This document shows positions 17,524 to 26,420 of a stretch of DNA of 64,000 nt, one piece after another. The translations under genes were made by a program, and so were the position numbers. Source of the stretch: Gemmatimonadota bacterium (GTDB taxonomy: Bacteria; Gemmatimonadota; Gemmatimonadetes; Gemmatimonadales; GWC2-71-9). The DNA is taken from the NCBI GenBank assembly GCA_041484445.1, contig JBGPHP010000001.1, forward strand, positions 4,150 to 68,149, written 5' to 3'. The notes under the pieces are model-generated. The model saw only the letters and a program-made list of their open reading frames with translations. It did no database searches and was not told the DNA's origin. Every line of letters starts with the position of its first letter. Position 1 is the first letter of the stretch.

Positions 17524-19791
17524 CTAGAGGTCGGTCCCGATTCGGAGCACGATGTTACGTCCGGGGTTAAGTGCGAACGCCTTGTAGCGGCTCAAGAAGT
17601 CGCGGTACCGGGTGTTGAGCGCGTTCTTGACCTGCAGCTCCAGGTGCAGCACCCGTCCTCCCAGACGGGGATCGAGATTGCCGAACAGATCGAGGAGCCC
17701 GTACCCGGCCGTTCCCTGGTCGAACGGGCTGAGCCGCGTCTGGCGGGCCACGAGGTCGACATCGAAACCGGCGCCGGCCCCGCCGCGGTGCCACTCGGCG
17801 CCGAGCTTTACGCGCAGCGGCGGCACCTGCGGCAACGGCTCGCCGTCACTGCGTCGCTCGCCTCGCACGTAATCCACCCGCACCGAGAGCGCCACGGTGC
17901 TCCAGGCCGCCACCTCGAGCGAGGCCTCACCGCCCACCAGCCGCGCGTTCGTCTGGCCGTAGCGGTACACCGGCAGCGAGTCCTGCGTGCTGCCGGTGGG
18001 TGCGATGTAGATGTAGTGGTCGATGCTGTTCGAGAACGCGGCGATCTCGCCGCGCACCCGGTCCGCCTGCCAGCGGGCGCTCACGTCGAAGTTGAGTCCC
18101 ACCTCGGGCACCAGGGTCGCCTCCCCGATCTCGAAGCGCGCCTCACCCGGGTGCGGACCGTTGGTGAACAGCTCGAAGAAGGTCGGCGCGCGCCACGCCC
18201 GGCCGACGTTGGCGGCGAACGCGACTGCGGCGACGGGTCGGAACACGAGCCCGACGTCGCCCGAGCCGGCGGTGTAGTTACGCCGCTGGTCTCCGATTCC
18301 CAAGGGGGTATTGGAGTCGGCCTCGACCCGGCGGAGGTCGAGCCGCGCTCCCGCTAACGCGCTCCAGTGCGGGCCCAGCGCCAACTGCTCGAAGGCGAAC
18401 GCCGCTGCCCCGGCGGCGCGCGCGTCGGGCACCAATGGCTCGTCCCCGCGGGTGGCGCTCGTCTGGTAGTAGCCTGAAGCGCCGATCGTGCCGGTGACTC
18501 GCGCGCCTGCGGCGTGGTGCACGAGCAGGTCGAGGCTCGTGGTGTTGAGCAGCAGGTCGAAGCCCTTCTCGGTCGACGCTGTATCGCCTTCCACGGTCTC
18601 GGCCAGCCAATGGCGCTGCCACTGGCCCTTGGCCTCGAGACGCAGAGGCCCGAGCGGGAACGTGCCGCCCAGCTGCATGCGGTCGTCGGTCAGCTTACGG
18701 ACCGGCCCTTCTTCCTTTCCGCCGACGGGTGGGGGCGGCGGTAGCGAGCCGGTATCGGCTTCGAGCAAATGGAATTCCCCGCCGTAGTGCGTGAAGCGCG
18801 CCGTCGCCTTGCCCCAGCTGCCCTGCGTGCCCAAAGCCGCTTCCCCGGAAAACGCGGTGAACCCGGTGTTCTCGAGCTCTCCCACCGGGGTAGACAGCGC
18901 CTCCGAGTGACGGCCGACAACACCGGCCAGAAACCCAACCCCGCGCGTCGCGCCGACGGCCCGCAGGGCGCTCCCGAACTCGTGGTTGTTGCTGGCGCCG
19001 TACGCCTCGACGTGGGCACGCACCGGCGTGCGCGCGCTACGGGCGTCGGGCACATCTTCGGGGATCACGTTGACGACGCCCCCCAGGGCGTCGGAGCCGT
19101 ACAGGACGCTCGCGGGGCCGCGGATCATCTCCACCCGATCGGCGAGGCGCGTCTCGACCGACGGGCCGTCCTCGTCGCTCCAGGAATAGTCTTCGAGGCG
19201 ATTCCCGTCTCCCAGCACCAGCACGCGCGCCCCGGAGAGGCCGCGGATCACCGGCTTGCCGATCTCGCCACCGGTCGTAAGGGCACGGACGCCGGCCAGC
19301 GTCTCCAGGGCGTGGGCCAGCGAAACGCGGTATTCGCGAGCGAGGGCGGCCGCGCCGAGGCTGACGGCGGGGAGCGGAGATGATAACGGATCGGCGGGAG
19401 CGCGGGTCGCCGTGACTGTGACGGCGTCGAGCTGAACGACCGACGGCCGCAGCACGACGCTGAGCGCCGACGCGCCGGGCACCGCGATGCGGCGCGCCAG
19501 CGGCGCGAAGCCGGCCCGCCGGAAGACGATGGTGTACCCCCCATCGGGCACCCCGGCGAACGCGAACTCCCCACCCGCACGAGTGGATGTCCGGCGGGAC
19601 AGCTCAGCGAGCAGGACCTCGACGCCCGCCAGCGGGTGTCCGGCGGAATCGGCGACGACTCCCTGGATGCTGTCGGCGGAAGAACGATGGTCCCGGAGCG
19701 CGGTCGCGCTGGTTGCGCCGGTCGCCGCCAGGGCACCGACGCCGAGGGCGACGCTGAGACGCAGCGGAAGCATGAGAGGCATGCGTTTCAA
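17524..19791 (-). CDS. TonB-dependent receptor with an N-terminal carboxypeptidase-regulatory-like domain
   Basis: 755 aa with a signal peptide. CarbopepD_reg-like IQGVVADSAGHPLAGVEVLL...GGYTIVFRRAGF, then a plug (DAVTVTATR...IRGLSG) and a beta-barrel. Confidence 0.88.
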   Translation of the reverse strand: MKRMPLMLPLRLSVALGVGALAATGATSATALRDHRSSADSIQGVVADSAGHPLAGVEVLLAELSRRTSTRAGGEFAFAGVPDGGYTIVFRRAGFAPLARRIAVPGASALSVVLRPSVVQLDAVTVTATRAPADPLSSPLPAVSLGAAALAREYRVSLAHALETLAGVRALTTGGEIGKPVIRGLSGARVLVLGDGNRLEDYSWSDEDGPSVETRLADRVEMIRGPASVLYGSDALGGVVNVIPEDVPDARSARTPVRAHVEAYGASNNHEFGSALRAVGATRGVGFLAGVVGRHSEALSTPVGELENTGFTAFSGEAALGTQGSWGKATARFTHYGGEFHLLEADTGSLPPPPPVGGKEEGPVRKLTDDRMQLGGTFPLGPLRLEAKGQWQRHWLAETVEGDTASTEKGFDLLLNTTSLDLLVHHAAGARVTGTIGASGYYQTSATRGDEPLVPDARAAGAAAFAFEQLALGPHWSALAGARLDLRRVEADSNTPLGIGDQRRNYTAGSGDVGLVFRPVAAVAFAANVGRAWRAPTFFELFTNGPHPGEARFEIGEATLVPEVGLNFDVSARWQADRVRGEIAAFSNSIDHYIYIAPTGSTQDSLPVYRYGQTNARLVGGEASLEVAAWSTVALSVRVDYVRGERRSDGEPLPQVPPLRVKLGAEWHRGGAGAGFDVDLVARQTRLSPFDQGTAGYGLLDLFGNLDPRLGGRVLHLELQVKNALNTRYRDFLSRYKAFALNPGRNIVLRIGTDL

Positions 19792-19830
19792 ATACCGGAC
19801 GTTCGGAGCCGGCGCAAGATGAGCAGCGGA

Positions 19831-20139
19831 TCAGGTGGGCTGGTGCAACACGTCGTAGTGGACCGAGCGGGCATCGAAGCGCGCCAGCAACGCCCGCGCC
19901 GCGGGGGGGACGACCGCCGCCTCGAAGTCGGGGCCGGCGAATTCCCGGACGGCGTCCCACGAATCGAACAGCGTCATGGTCACGAATTCCACTTCCGGAC
20001 CCGCATCGCGACGCAGCAGGTATGCTCCCTGATAGCCGGGCACGCGATGAATCCCGGGAAGCACCTCGCGCCGCAGCAGCGCCTCGTAGGCATCTGCGTT
20101 CTCGTGGTTCGTCCACCCATGCCAGAGGCGACCGATCAT
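19831..20139 (-). CDS. Antibiotic-biosynthesis-monooxygenase (ABM/Dabb)-like small protein
   Basis: 102 aa with the size and pattern of a ferredoxin-like ABM domain (MIGRLWHGWTNHENADAYEALL...FVTMTLFDSWDAVREF). Confidence 0.6.
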   Translation of the reverse strand: MIGRLWHGWTNHENADAYEALLRREVLPGIHRVPGYQGAYLLRRDAGPEVEFVTMTLFDSWDAVREFAGPDFEAAVVPPAARALLARFDARSVHYDVLHQPT

Positions 20140-20184
20140 ACGTATAGACTAGTCGAGATCGCACCGCGCCGGTATCGTGCCGGT

Positions 20185-20667
20185 ATGCCTCCAGCAAAGG
20201 CCGCACCACCGGCGCTACGCATCGCCCTGCCCGCCGATGCCGCGGAGCTCGCCCGGCTGCGCTATGAGTTTCGCTCCACCGAGCGGTCCGCGACGGAGCC
20301 GCGCGAGGCGTTCGTCGCACGGGCGACGGCGTGGATGCGCGAGCGGCTGGCCCCGGGGACGTCGTGGCGGTGCTTCGTCGCCGTGCGCGACGGGGCGATC
20401 ACGGGCCACGTGTGGATCACACTGGTGGACAAGGTGCCCAATCCCGGGGGCGACGAGCCGGAGCGACACGCATATCTCACGAACCTCTATGTGCGTCCGG
20501 CCGAGCGCGGCGGGACGGGCAGCGCGCTGCTCGAGGCGGCGCTGGCCTGGTGCCGCGAGGCACATGTGGACACGGTAATTCTGTGGCCCAGCGAGCGCAG
20601 CCGCACGCTGTATGCGCGCTATGGGTTCGATGCCTCCCATGCCGTCATGGTGCTGCCGCTTCGCTAA
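20185..20667 (+). CDS. GNAT family N-acetyltransferase
   Basis: ATG at 20185. Motif A LYVRPAERGGTGSALLEAAL. C-terminus YARYGF. Confidence 0.85.
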   Translation: MPPAKAAPPALRIALPADAAELARLRYEFRSTERSATEPREAFVARATAWMRERLAPGTSWRCFVAVRDGAITGHVWITLVDKVPNPGGDEPERHAYLTNLYVRPAERGGTGSALLEAALAWCREAHVDTVILWPSERSRTLYARYGFDASHAVMVLPLR

Positions 20668-22118
20668 GGGCGCGGGGCGATTCTGAGCGCGCCCTCCCGG
20701 CGCGCGACCGTAGCATGCGGCGCGCGGAGCGTGAACCGTCGCGCCTCGACCCGCAACGCCGCCACCTCGACCGCGCCGGTGTCCGGCACGGCGAGCGGCG
20801 CGCCGCCCGCCGTGATGACGAGCGAGTCGCTATCCGCGATCACCGTTTGGTACTCACCCGTGCGGCGATCCTCCGTCGCCGGCTGCTCGAACGACACGGA
20901 GACGCTGTCACCGCCGCACAAGACGACGAACCGGGCATGGAGCATCCGGCCGTCCCCCACCTGCAGCAGATTCTGCGGGTCGAATCCGCAGTAGAAGAAC
21001 CGCCCCCCCGGGACTCCCGTCGCCTCGACGACGAGTCGCGCTCCCGGCTGCTGCATCACGCTGTCCACCTGTGCCAGCCGTCGGGCGCGCAGGCCCGCCA
21101 CCGCACGCTCGGCTTCGGGACGCGTCGCCCGCTGCAGCTGGTGGAGGGAGTCGGGCCATGCGGTCCCGAGTAGCGCCGCGCCGTGATACCCCGCGACCAG
21201 CGCGAGCTCGTCTTGGATCGTCCGGTCCCCGACGACCAGGGCGCGCTTCCATGTGGGCCCGGCCAGACGATCCAACAGGAGGCTCATCGTGCTGCCGGTC
21301 GCATAGAAGCGCCGCCGCACCGAGTTCCGGGTCCGGGTCAGCAGACTGTCGAGGAGCGCCGTCTCATCGTCCACGATCCGGCGTGCGGCTGTGTCTCGGG
21401 GCGTCCCGCCGTTGCGGCCCAGCTCGCTGACCCCGCGCAACAGGGCGTATTGGGCCAACCCCTCGTTCAGCTCGCCCATCCGCTCGAAAGTCACGAAGCT
21501 GGAGTCGAGCCGTGATTGGCGCGCGTCGCGCACCGCCAGGAAACGGCGCGTGAGGGCCTTGGTTTCCGCTGCGGTCTGCGCGCGGAACGCCCGCCGCAGG
21601 AGACGGGCTTCGATCGCCCACAACGTTTCGTTCTCCACGTCGAACACGGGGTAGTCCGCGACCAGCATCGCGTTCTCCCAGGTGCCGAAGCGTCGACCCT
21701 CGCGCCGGGTCATGCGCTCGAAGGAGTGGAATTCCTCGTGCAACGCGAGGCCGAGCACGTCTGCCGCGGTCGCGGTCGAATCGACGCTCAGGAAGGCGAT
21801 GAAGCGATTGCTCGGGAACGACACCGTCTGGGTGTCGGTCCAGAACGCCCTCGCGCCGGGGAGCGGAGCGAACCCGGCCGGAGCAGTGTCGCGCCAAGCG
21901 ACGAACAGCTTGGCTCGTCCGGGAATCACGTACAGCGTGGGAATCGACTCCGGGTGAAAGCCGGGCCAGATGCGTGGCCCGATCACCGATCCCAGGGTGG
22001 CGATCCGGGCGTGCAGGCGGGCGATGGCGCGCGCCGTGTCGGCAGGTCCCTGCCCGGCGAGTGGAGCCGCGGCCAGGACGGACGCCAGCATCATCAAATA
22101 CGAAGACCTTCGTAACAT
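20664..22118 (-). CDS. Secreted HExxH protein (candidate uncharacterised zinc metallopeptidase)
   Basis: GGAG lies 8 nt before the ATG at 22118. Signal peptide MLRRSSYLMMLASVLAAAPLAGQ. LALHEEFHSFE, and 83 residues later LNEGLAQYA. No named family recognised. Confidence 0.7.
   Translation of the reverse strand: MLRRSSYLMMLASVLAAAPLAGQGPADTARAIARLHARIATLGSVIGPRIWPGFHPESIPTLYVIPGRAKLFVAWRDTAPAGFAPLPGARAFWTDTQTVSFPSNRFIAFLSVDSTATAADVLGLALHEEFHSFERMTRREGRRFGTWENAMLVADYPVFDVENETLWAIEARLLRRAFRAQTAAETKALTRRFLAVRDARQSRLDSSFVTFERMGELNEGLAQYALLRGVSELGRNGGTPRDTAARRIVDDETALLDSLLTRTRNSVRRRFYATGSTMSLLLDRLAGPTWKRALVVGDRTIQDELALVAGYHGAALLGTAWPDSLHQLQRATRPEAERAVAGLRARRLAQVDSVMQQPGARLVVEATGVPGGRFFYCGFDPQNLLQVGDGRMLHARFVVLCGGDSVSVSFEQPATEDRRTGEYQTVIADSDSLVITAGGAPLAVPDTGAVEVAALRVEARRFTLRAPHATVARREGALRIAPRP
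22099..22114 (-). promoter_or_regulatory. Perfect palindrome TACGAAG-N2-CTTCGTA on codons 2-6 of the HExxH gene (putative BlaI-family operator)
   Basis: The plus strand reads TACGAAGACCTTCGTA. The arms are identical to the site at 23771-23786. Confidence 0.6.
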
Positions 22119-22161
22119 TGGACACGCTCCGGGCAAATAGTCGAGTGCCACCTGTCTCAGC

Positions 22162-23367
22162 TCAGGGAGTCCGGGACGACCAGGAGAAGCCCTGTGGACG
22201 GAGCTTCAAGGAGAAGGTGCCGCGCGACCACGGCAGCACGACGCTGTCGCCGCGCTGCTCGATGCGCTCCACCGGCACCCGCACCCCGCCCACCACGGCG
22301 CGCACCACGCGGCCGTGCTCCACGGCGATCGTGAAGGCCCCGGCGGGGTCGGAGGCGTGCACCACGAAATAGGACGGTACGAGGGCGCCGGGGCGCAGGG
22401 CATCGAGTGTCCCCGGCAACAACGCCTCTCCGGCGACGGCGAGCAGCGCCGCGGTGATTCCGCCGCCGGTGGCGAGCGCGGCCAAGCCCCGCCCCGCCGG
22501 GACGCGGGGGCCAGGCCGGGTCAGCCGCTCGAGTCGGGCCGCGAGGGATCCTCCGGTCGCCGCGAGCGCCGGTGCCGTCGCGTCCGCGCGCAATACCTCG
22601 AGTCGCGCCAGGGCGCGGGCATACGTGCGCGGATCCCCCACCGCCCGGACGGCGATTTCGTCGCAGCTCGCTTCCCGCTCGTGCCGCACAGCGCCCGATA
22701 CCCACCACCCGGCGGGATGGAAGCACAGCAACGACTCCACCAGCACCTGGATCAGGTTGGCCAGGCCATCGTGGCGTCGCACGTGTCCCAGCTCGTGCGC
22801 CAGGATCGCCTCGAGCTCACGGGCCTCGAGGGGGGCCAGCGTGGTGGGGATGAGGATGCGTGGGCGCCGCGTGCCGATCAGCGTCGGCACGGTCACGGCG
22901 CTCGAGAGGGCGATCGCCACGCGACGGTCGACGCCGACGCGGTGCGCGGCGCGAGCGAGGGCGTCGATCCATAGCTGCGGCGCGGGCTGCGTGCCCCCTC
23001 GACCGAGTCGAGCGGTCAGCCACCAGCCGCCGATCCAGCGCACCAGCATGATGGCCGCCAGCACGACCCACACCGCGGCGAGCCAGCGAGCCGCGGGCGT
23101 GAGCGCGTCGTACACGCCGGCCAGCAGCGCCGGGGCGGCCGCCGCTCCGCCGACCGCGAGCGACGGCCGATGCCGGCCGGCCCAGGCGAGGTAGCCTGCG
23201 TCGAGTACGGGGAGCAGCAGGAGCAGTAGCAGCGTCGCGTACGCCGCGGCGTAGCGCACCCGCGCGCCCAGCCCCCCGACCCCGAGTCCGAGCGCCAGTC
23301 CGCCGGCCAGGAGTACCGCCTGCCAGCTGAAGTGGACGAGCGCCCATCCCCACAGGGCGAGGCTCAC
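22162..23367 (-). CDS. BlaR1-like M56 family membrane sensor-peptidase
   Basis: 401 aa, multi-TM. M56 zinc motif ILAHELGHVRRHD. 4-nt overlap (ATGA-type) with the upstream BlaI-like gene. Confidence 0.88.
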   Translation of the reverse strand: MSLALWGWALVHFSWQAVLLAGGLALGLGVGGLGARVRYAAAYATLLLLLLLPVLDAGYLAWAGRHRPSLAVGGAAAAPALLAGVYDALTPAARWLAAVWVVLAAIMLVRWIGGWWLTARLGRGGTQPAPQLWIDALARAAHRVGVDRRVAIALSSAVTVPTLIGTRRPRILIPTTLAPLEARELEAILAHELGHVRRHDGLANLIQVLVESLLCFHPAGWWVSGAVRHEREASCDEIAVRAVGDPRTYARALARLEVLRADATAPALAATGGSLAARLERLTRPGPRVPAGRGLAALATGGGITAALLAVAGEALLPGTLDALRPGALVPSYFVVHASDPAGAFTIAVEHGRVVRAVVGGVRVPVERIEQRGDSVVLPWSRGTFSLKLRPQGFSWSSRTP

Positions 23368-23756
23368 GTGCGCTCCCGGTCCAGACGAGCGAGCAGCGCG
23401 CGCACTGCCGCCAGCTCGGCGCCGCGCGCCGGCCGGCTCGACAGCGCCCGCAGCGCGAGTCGCGCGGCCGAACCGCCGAACGCGCGCAGGGCGAGGTCGT
23501 CCACCAAGCGCCGTTGTGTGCGCTCCGAGGGCTCGGCGGCGGCGTAGATGTGGGTGCGCGACGACTTCTCGCGCGACACGAGCCCCTTGGCGTGCATGAT
23601 CTGGAGCAGTTTCAGCACGGTCGTGTACGCCGTGTCCTGTCCCCGTCCCAGGGCGACGCGGACGTCACGAACGGTGCTCGGGCCCCGGGTCCACAGGACC
23701 CCGAGGATCTCGAGCTCCGCCCCGGTGGGAAGCGGCGGCCCGCGTCGCGCTGTCAT
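23364..23756 (-). CDS. BlaI/MecI/CopY family transcriptional repressor
   Basis: 130 aa. Winged-helix N-terminus ELEILGVLWTRGPSTVRDV...YTTVLKLLQIMHAKGLV. Paired with the M56 gene. Confidence 0.88.
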   Translation of the reverse strand: MTARRGPPLPTGAELEILGVLWTRGPSTVRDVRVALGRGQDTAYTTVLKLLQIMHAKGLVSREKSSRTHIYAAAEPSERTQRRLVDDLALRAFGGSAARLALRALSSRPARGAELAAVRALLARLDRERT

Positions 23757-23770
23757 CGGAGCCAGTTATA

Positions 23771-23786
23771 TACGAAGAGCTTCGTA
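23771..23786 (-). promoter_or_regulatory. Perfect palindrome TACGAAG-N2-CTTCGTA, 15-30 nt upstream of the BlaI-like ATG (putative autoregulatory operator)
   Basis: The plus strand reads TACGAAGAGCTTCGTA inside an AT-rich island. On the minus strand it fills the spacer between TTGCGT and TATAAC, and the ATG follows 8 nt after TATAAC. Confidence 0.65.
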
Positions 23787-23810
23787 GACGCAAGAGCCGC
23801 GGATACAGCC

Positions 23811-24782
23811 TTACGGTCGCAGCAACACCTTCCCCGCCGTTGTGCGGCTCTCCAATGCACGGTGCGCGTCGGCCGCCTGGGCCAGCGGCCATTCGCGATC
23901 GATGTGCAGCACGAGCGTTCCGTCCTGCACCCACCGCAACAGCTCCTCCACGCGGGTCTCGAGCTCCGCGCGGGTCGCCACGTAGTGGCCCAGCGTCGGC
24001 CGGGTGAGAAAGAGCGAGCCGCGCTGGTTCAGCACCTGCGGGTCGAGCGGCGCCACGGGCCCGCTCGACTGTCCGAACAGCACCATCATGCCGCGGCGGG
24101 CGAGACAGCGCAGTCCCGCATCGAAGGTGGTGCGCCCCACCGAATCGTAGACGACCTGCACCCCCGAGCCTCCCGTCAGGCGCCGGACTTCGGCTTCGAA
24201 ATCCTGCTCGGTGTAGAGGATCACGTCGTCGGCGCCCGCTTCGCGGGCGAGCGCCGCCTTTGCCGCCGTGGACACGGTCCCGATGACCCGCGCACCGCGT
24301 CGCTTGGCGATCTGGCACAGCACCAGCCCCACCCCGCCCGCGGCGGCGTGCACCAGGCAGGTGTCGCCGGGCTCGAGGGGGTAGGTCGTGCAGGCGAGGT
24401 AGTGCGCGGTCATTCCCTGGAGCATCAGGGCAGCGCCCTGCGCCGCGCTTACCCCATCAGGGAGCGGGACGACGCGATCGGCCGGGGCGACGGCGTACTC
24501 GGCATAGGCACCCAGCCCGCCGTGGTAGCAAGCGACTCGGTCACCGACGCGAAATCCTGTGACACCAGCGCCGAGCGCGGCGACGGTGCCCGCCGCTTCC
24601 TGACCCGGCACGAACGGCGTCGCGGTCTTGTAGAGTCCAGTGCGTTGATAGACGTCGATGTAGTTGACCCCGACGGCCTCCACGGCGATGCACAACTGCC
24701 CCGGTCCGGGCTCGGGGCTCGGGACGTCGTCGAGCAGCAGCACTTCCGGCCCGCCGCGCGCGTGGACGCGGATCGCCTTCAC
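23811..24782 (-). CDS. qor: NADPH:quinone oxidoreductase (zeta-crystallin/MDR family)
   Basis: 323 aa with [14 protein letters not shown] and AAAGGVG nucleotide-binding motifs. Confidence 0.88.
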   Translation of the reverse strand: MKAIRVHARGGPEVLLLDDVPSPEPGPGQLCIAVEAVGVNYIDVYQRTGLYKTATPFVPGQEAAGTVAALGAGVTGFRVGDRVACYHGGLGAYAEYAVAPADRVVPLPDGVSAAQGAALMLQGMTAHYLACTTYPLEPGDTCLVHAAAGGVGLVLCQIAKRRGARVIGTVSTAAKAALAREAGADDVILYTEQDFEAEVRRLTGGSGVQVVYDSVGRTTFDAGLRCLARRGMMVLFGQSSGPVAPLDPQVLNQRGSLFLTRPTLGHYVATRAELETRVEELLRWVQDGTLVLHIDREWPLAQAADAHRALESRTTAGKVLLRP

Positions 24783-24792
24783 GCGGGCGCCT

Positions 24793-25779
24793 TCAGAGGT
24801 TGACCCCCCGCATGGCCCGCTCGGGATAGCGGGGGCCCGCCGTGGCGCCCTTGGGATACGCCTGATCGAGACGACGCAGATCTTCCGGCGTCAGCCGCAC
24901 GTTGAGCGCGCCGACGTTCTCCTCGAGATAACGGCGGCGTTTGGTCCCTGGGATCGGCACGATGTCCGTCCCCTGGGCCAGGACCCACGCCAGGGCGAGC
25001 TGACCGGCGCTGCAGGGCTTCTCGCGCGCGATCGCCTCGATCCGCTCCGTGAGCGCCAGGTTCCGCGCGAAGTTCTCTGCCTGAAACCGGGGGTGATTGC
25101 GGCGGTAGTCGTCCGCCGGCAGGTCCTCGGGACGGCGAAAGCGCCCGCTCAGGAATCCGCGCCCCAAAGGACTGTAGGCAACGAACCCGATGCCGAGCTC
25201 GCGGCAGGTGGCGAGGACCCCGTCTTCGGGGTCACGGGACCAGAGTGAGTACTCTGTCTGCAGCGCCGTGATGGGGTGCGTGGCCTGCGCGCGACGGAGC
25301 GTGGTCGGCGCGGCCTCCGACAGGCCGAGGTAGCGGACCTTCCCCACGTGGACGAGCTGCGCCATCGCGCCGACCGTCTCCTCGATCGGCACCGCGGGAT
25401 CGACCCGGTGCTGGTAATACAGATCGATCCGCTCCACGCCGAGGCGCTCGAGCGAGGCGTCACACGCGGCGCGCACGTACTCCGGACGCCCGTTGACCCC
25501 CAGCCACGCCCCGTCGGGTCCCCGTACGTTGCCGAACTTGGTGGCGAGGATGACCTGATCGCGCCGGTCCGCGATGGCGCGACCCACCAGGCGCTCGTTG
25601 GTGAGCGGCCCGTATACGTCGGCGGTGTCGAGAAACGTGACGCCGAGATCCAACGCGCGGTGGATCGTCGCGACCGATTCGACGTCGTCGCGTCCCGCGT
25701 AGAAGTCGGACATCCCCATGCAGCCCAGCCCGAGAGCGGGCACCGTCAGTCCCTGAGATCCCAGCCGCCGCTGCTCCAC
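24793..25779 (-). CDS. Aldo/keto reductase
   Basis: GTG at 25779 gives [24 protein letters not shown], a typical AKR N-terminus. [10 protein letters not shown] is also present. The upstream 32 codons of the track ORF are probably non-coding. Confidence 0.88.
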   Translation of the reverse strand: MEQRRLGSQGLTVPALGLGCMGMSDFYAGRDDVESVATIHRALDLGVTFLDTADVYGPLTNERLVGRAIADRRDQVILATKFGNVRGPDGAWLGVNGRPEYVRAACDASLERLGVERIDLYYQHRVDPAVPIEETVGAMAQLVHVGKVRYLGLSEAAPTTLRRAQATHPITALQTEYSLWSRDPEDGVLATCRELGIGFVAYSPLGRGFLSGRFRRPEDLPADDYRRNHPRFQAENFARNLALTERIEAIAREKPCSAGQLALAWVLAQGTDIVPIPGTKRRRYLEENVGALNVRLTPEDLRRLDQAYPKGATAGPRYPERAMRGVNL

Positions 25780-25887
25780 ACACCCTCCGATCGGTCCAAC
25801 TAGATGAAAACCCGTTCTGCACTCCGGAAGCTGGCGCGGAGCGCCGCGGGGGACAACGCGCGTGGGCAGACGCATGGACGTCGAGCT

Positions 25888-26412
25888 TCACGGCCGGGTC
25901 TTGGCATGACCCTGGCTCCGCCACCAACGACGGATGCGGGTGCGAGCCCACAGGTAGTGCGCCGCCGTGCTCGCGCGCAAATAGTCGCTCAGCGTCCACG
26001 ACGGACCCGTCCAAGAGAAGCGTCCCAGGGTTACCAGGTCCTCGTCCGGCAGCGCGTTGATGAGGGCAACGACCCGTTCGTGGTATGACCGGTAATCTCG
26101 CACCACAGCCTGCAGCGAGCGACGATGATGCTTGCGATAGATCATCTCGTTCAATCGAGGCAGCTCTCGCAACGTGAACCCGGGTGCAGGCATTGCCGGA
26201 TGCTCGCCCCGCCGACCAGCCGCATACCAGCCAAGGTTCATTTGCTGCCACTCAACCAAGTGGGCGAGAACGTCCTTGACCGACCACCCGCCCCGAGTGA
26301 CGCCTGACCTCGTCATCTGACGGGATGTCAGCAGCGCGAGTGTGTCGTCGAGCGCGGCGCGCTCAATACGGATCTCGGCGAGCAAATCGTGCTTGCGGAG
26401 TCGCCTGCCCAT
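25888..26412 (-). CDS. ClbS/DfsB (DUF1706)-like or DinB-superfamily four-helix-bundle protein
   Basis: ATG at 26412 (MGRRLRKHDLLAEI...). WSVKDVLAHLVEWQQMNLGWY. The remaining 425 N-terminal codons of the 600-aa track ORF are antisense shadow over feoB. Confidence 0.65.
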   Translation of the reverse strand: MGRRLRKHDLLAEIRIERAALDDTLALLTSRQMTRSGVTRGGWSVKDVLAHLVEWQQMNLGWYAAGRRGEHPAMPAPGFTLRELPRLNEMIYRKHHRRSLQAVVRDYRSYHERVVALINALPDEDLVTLGRFSWTGPSWTLSDYLRASTAAHYLWARTRIRRWWRSQGHAKTRP

Positions 26413-26420
26413 ATTGCGCT

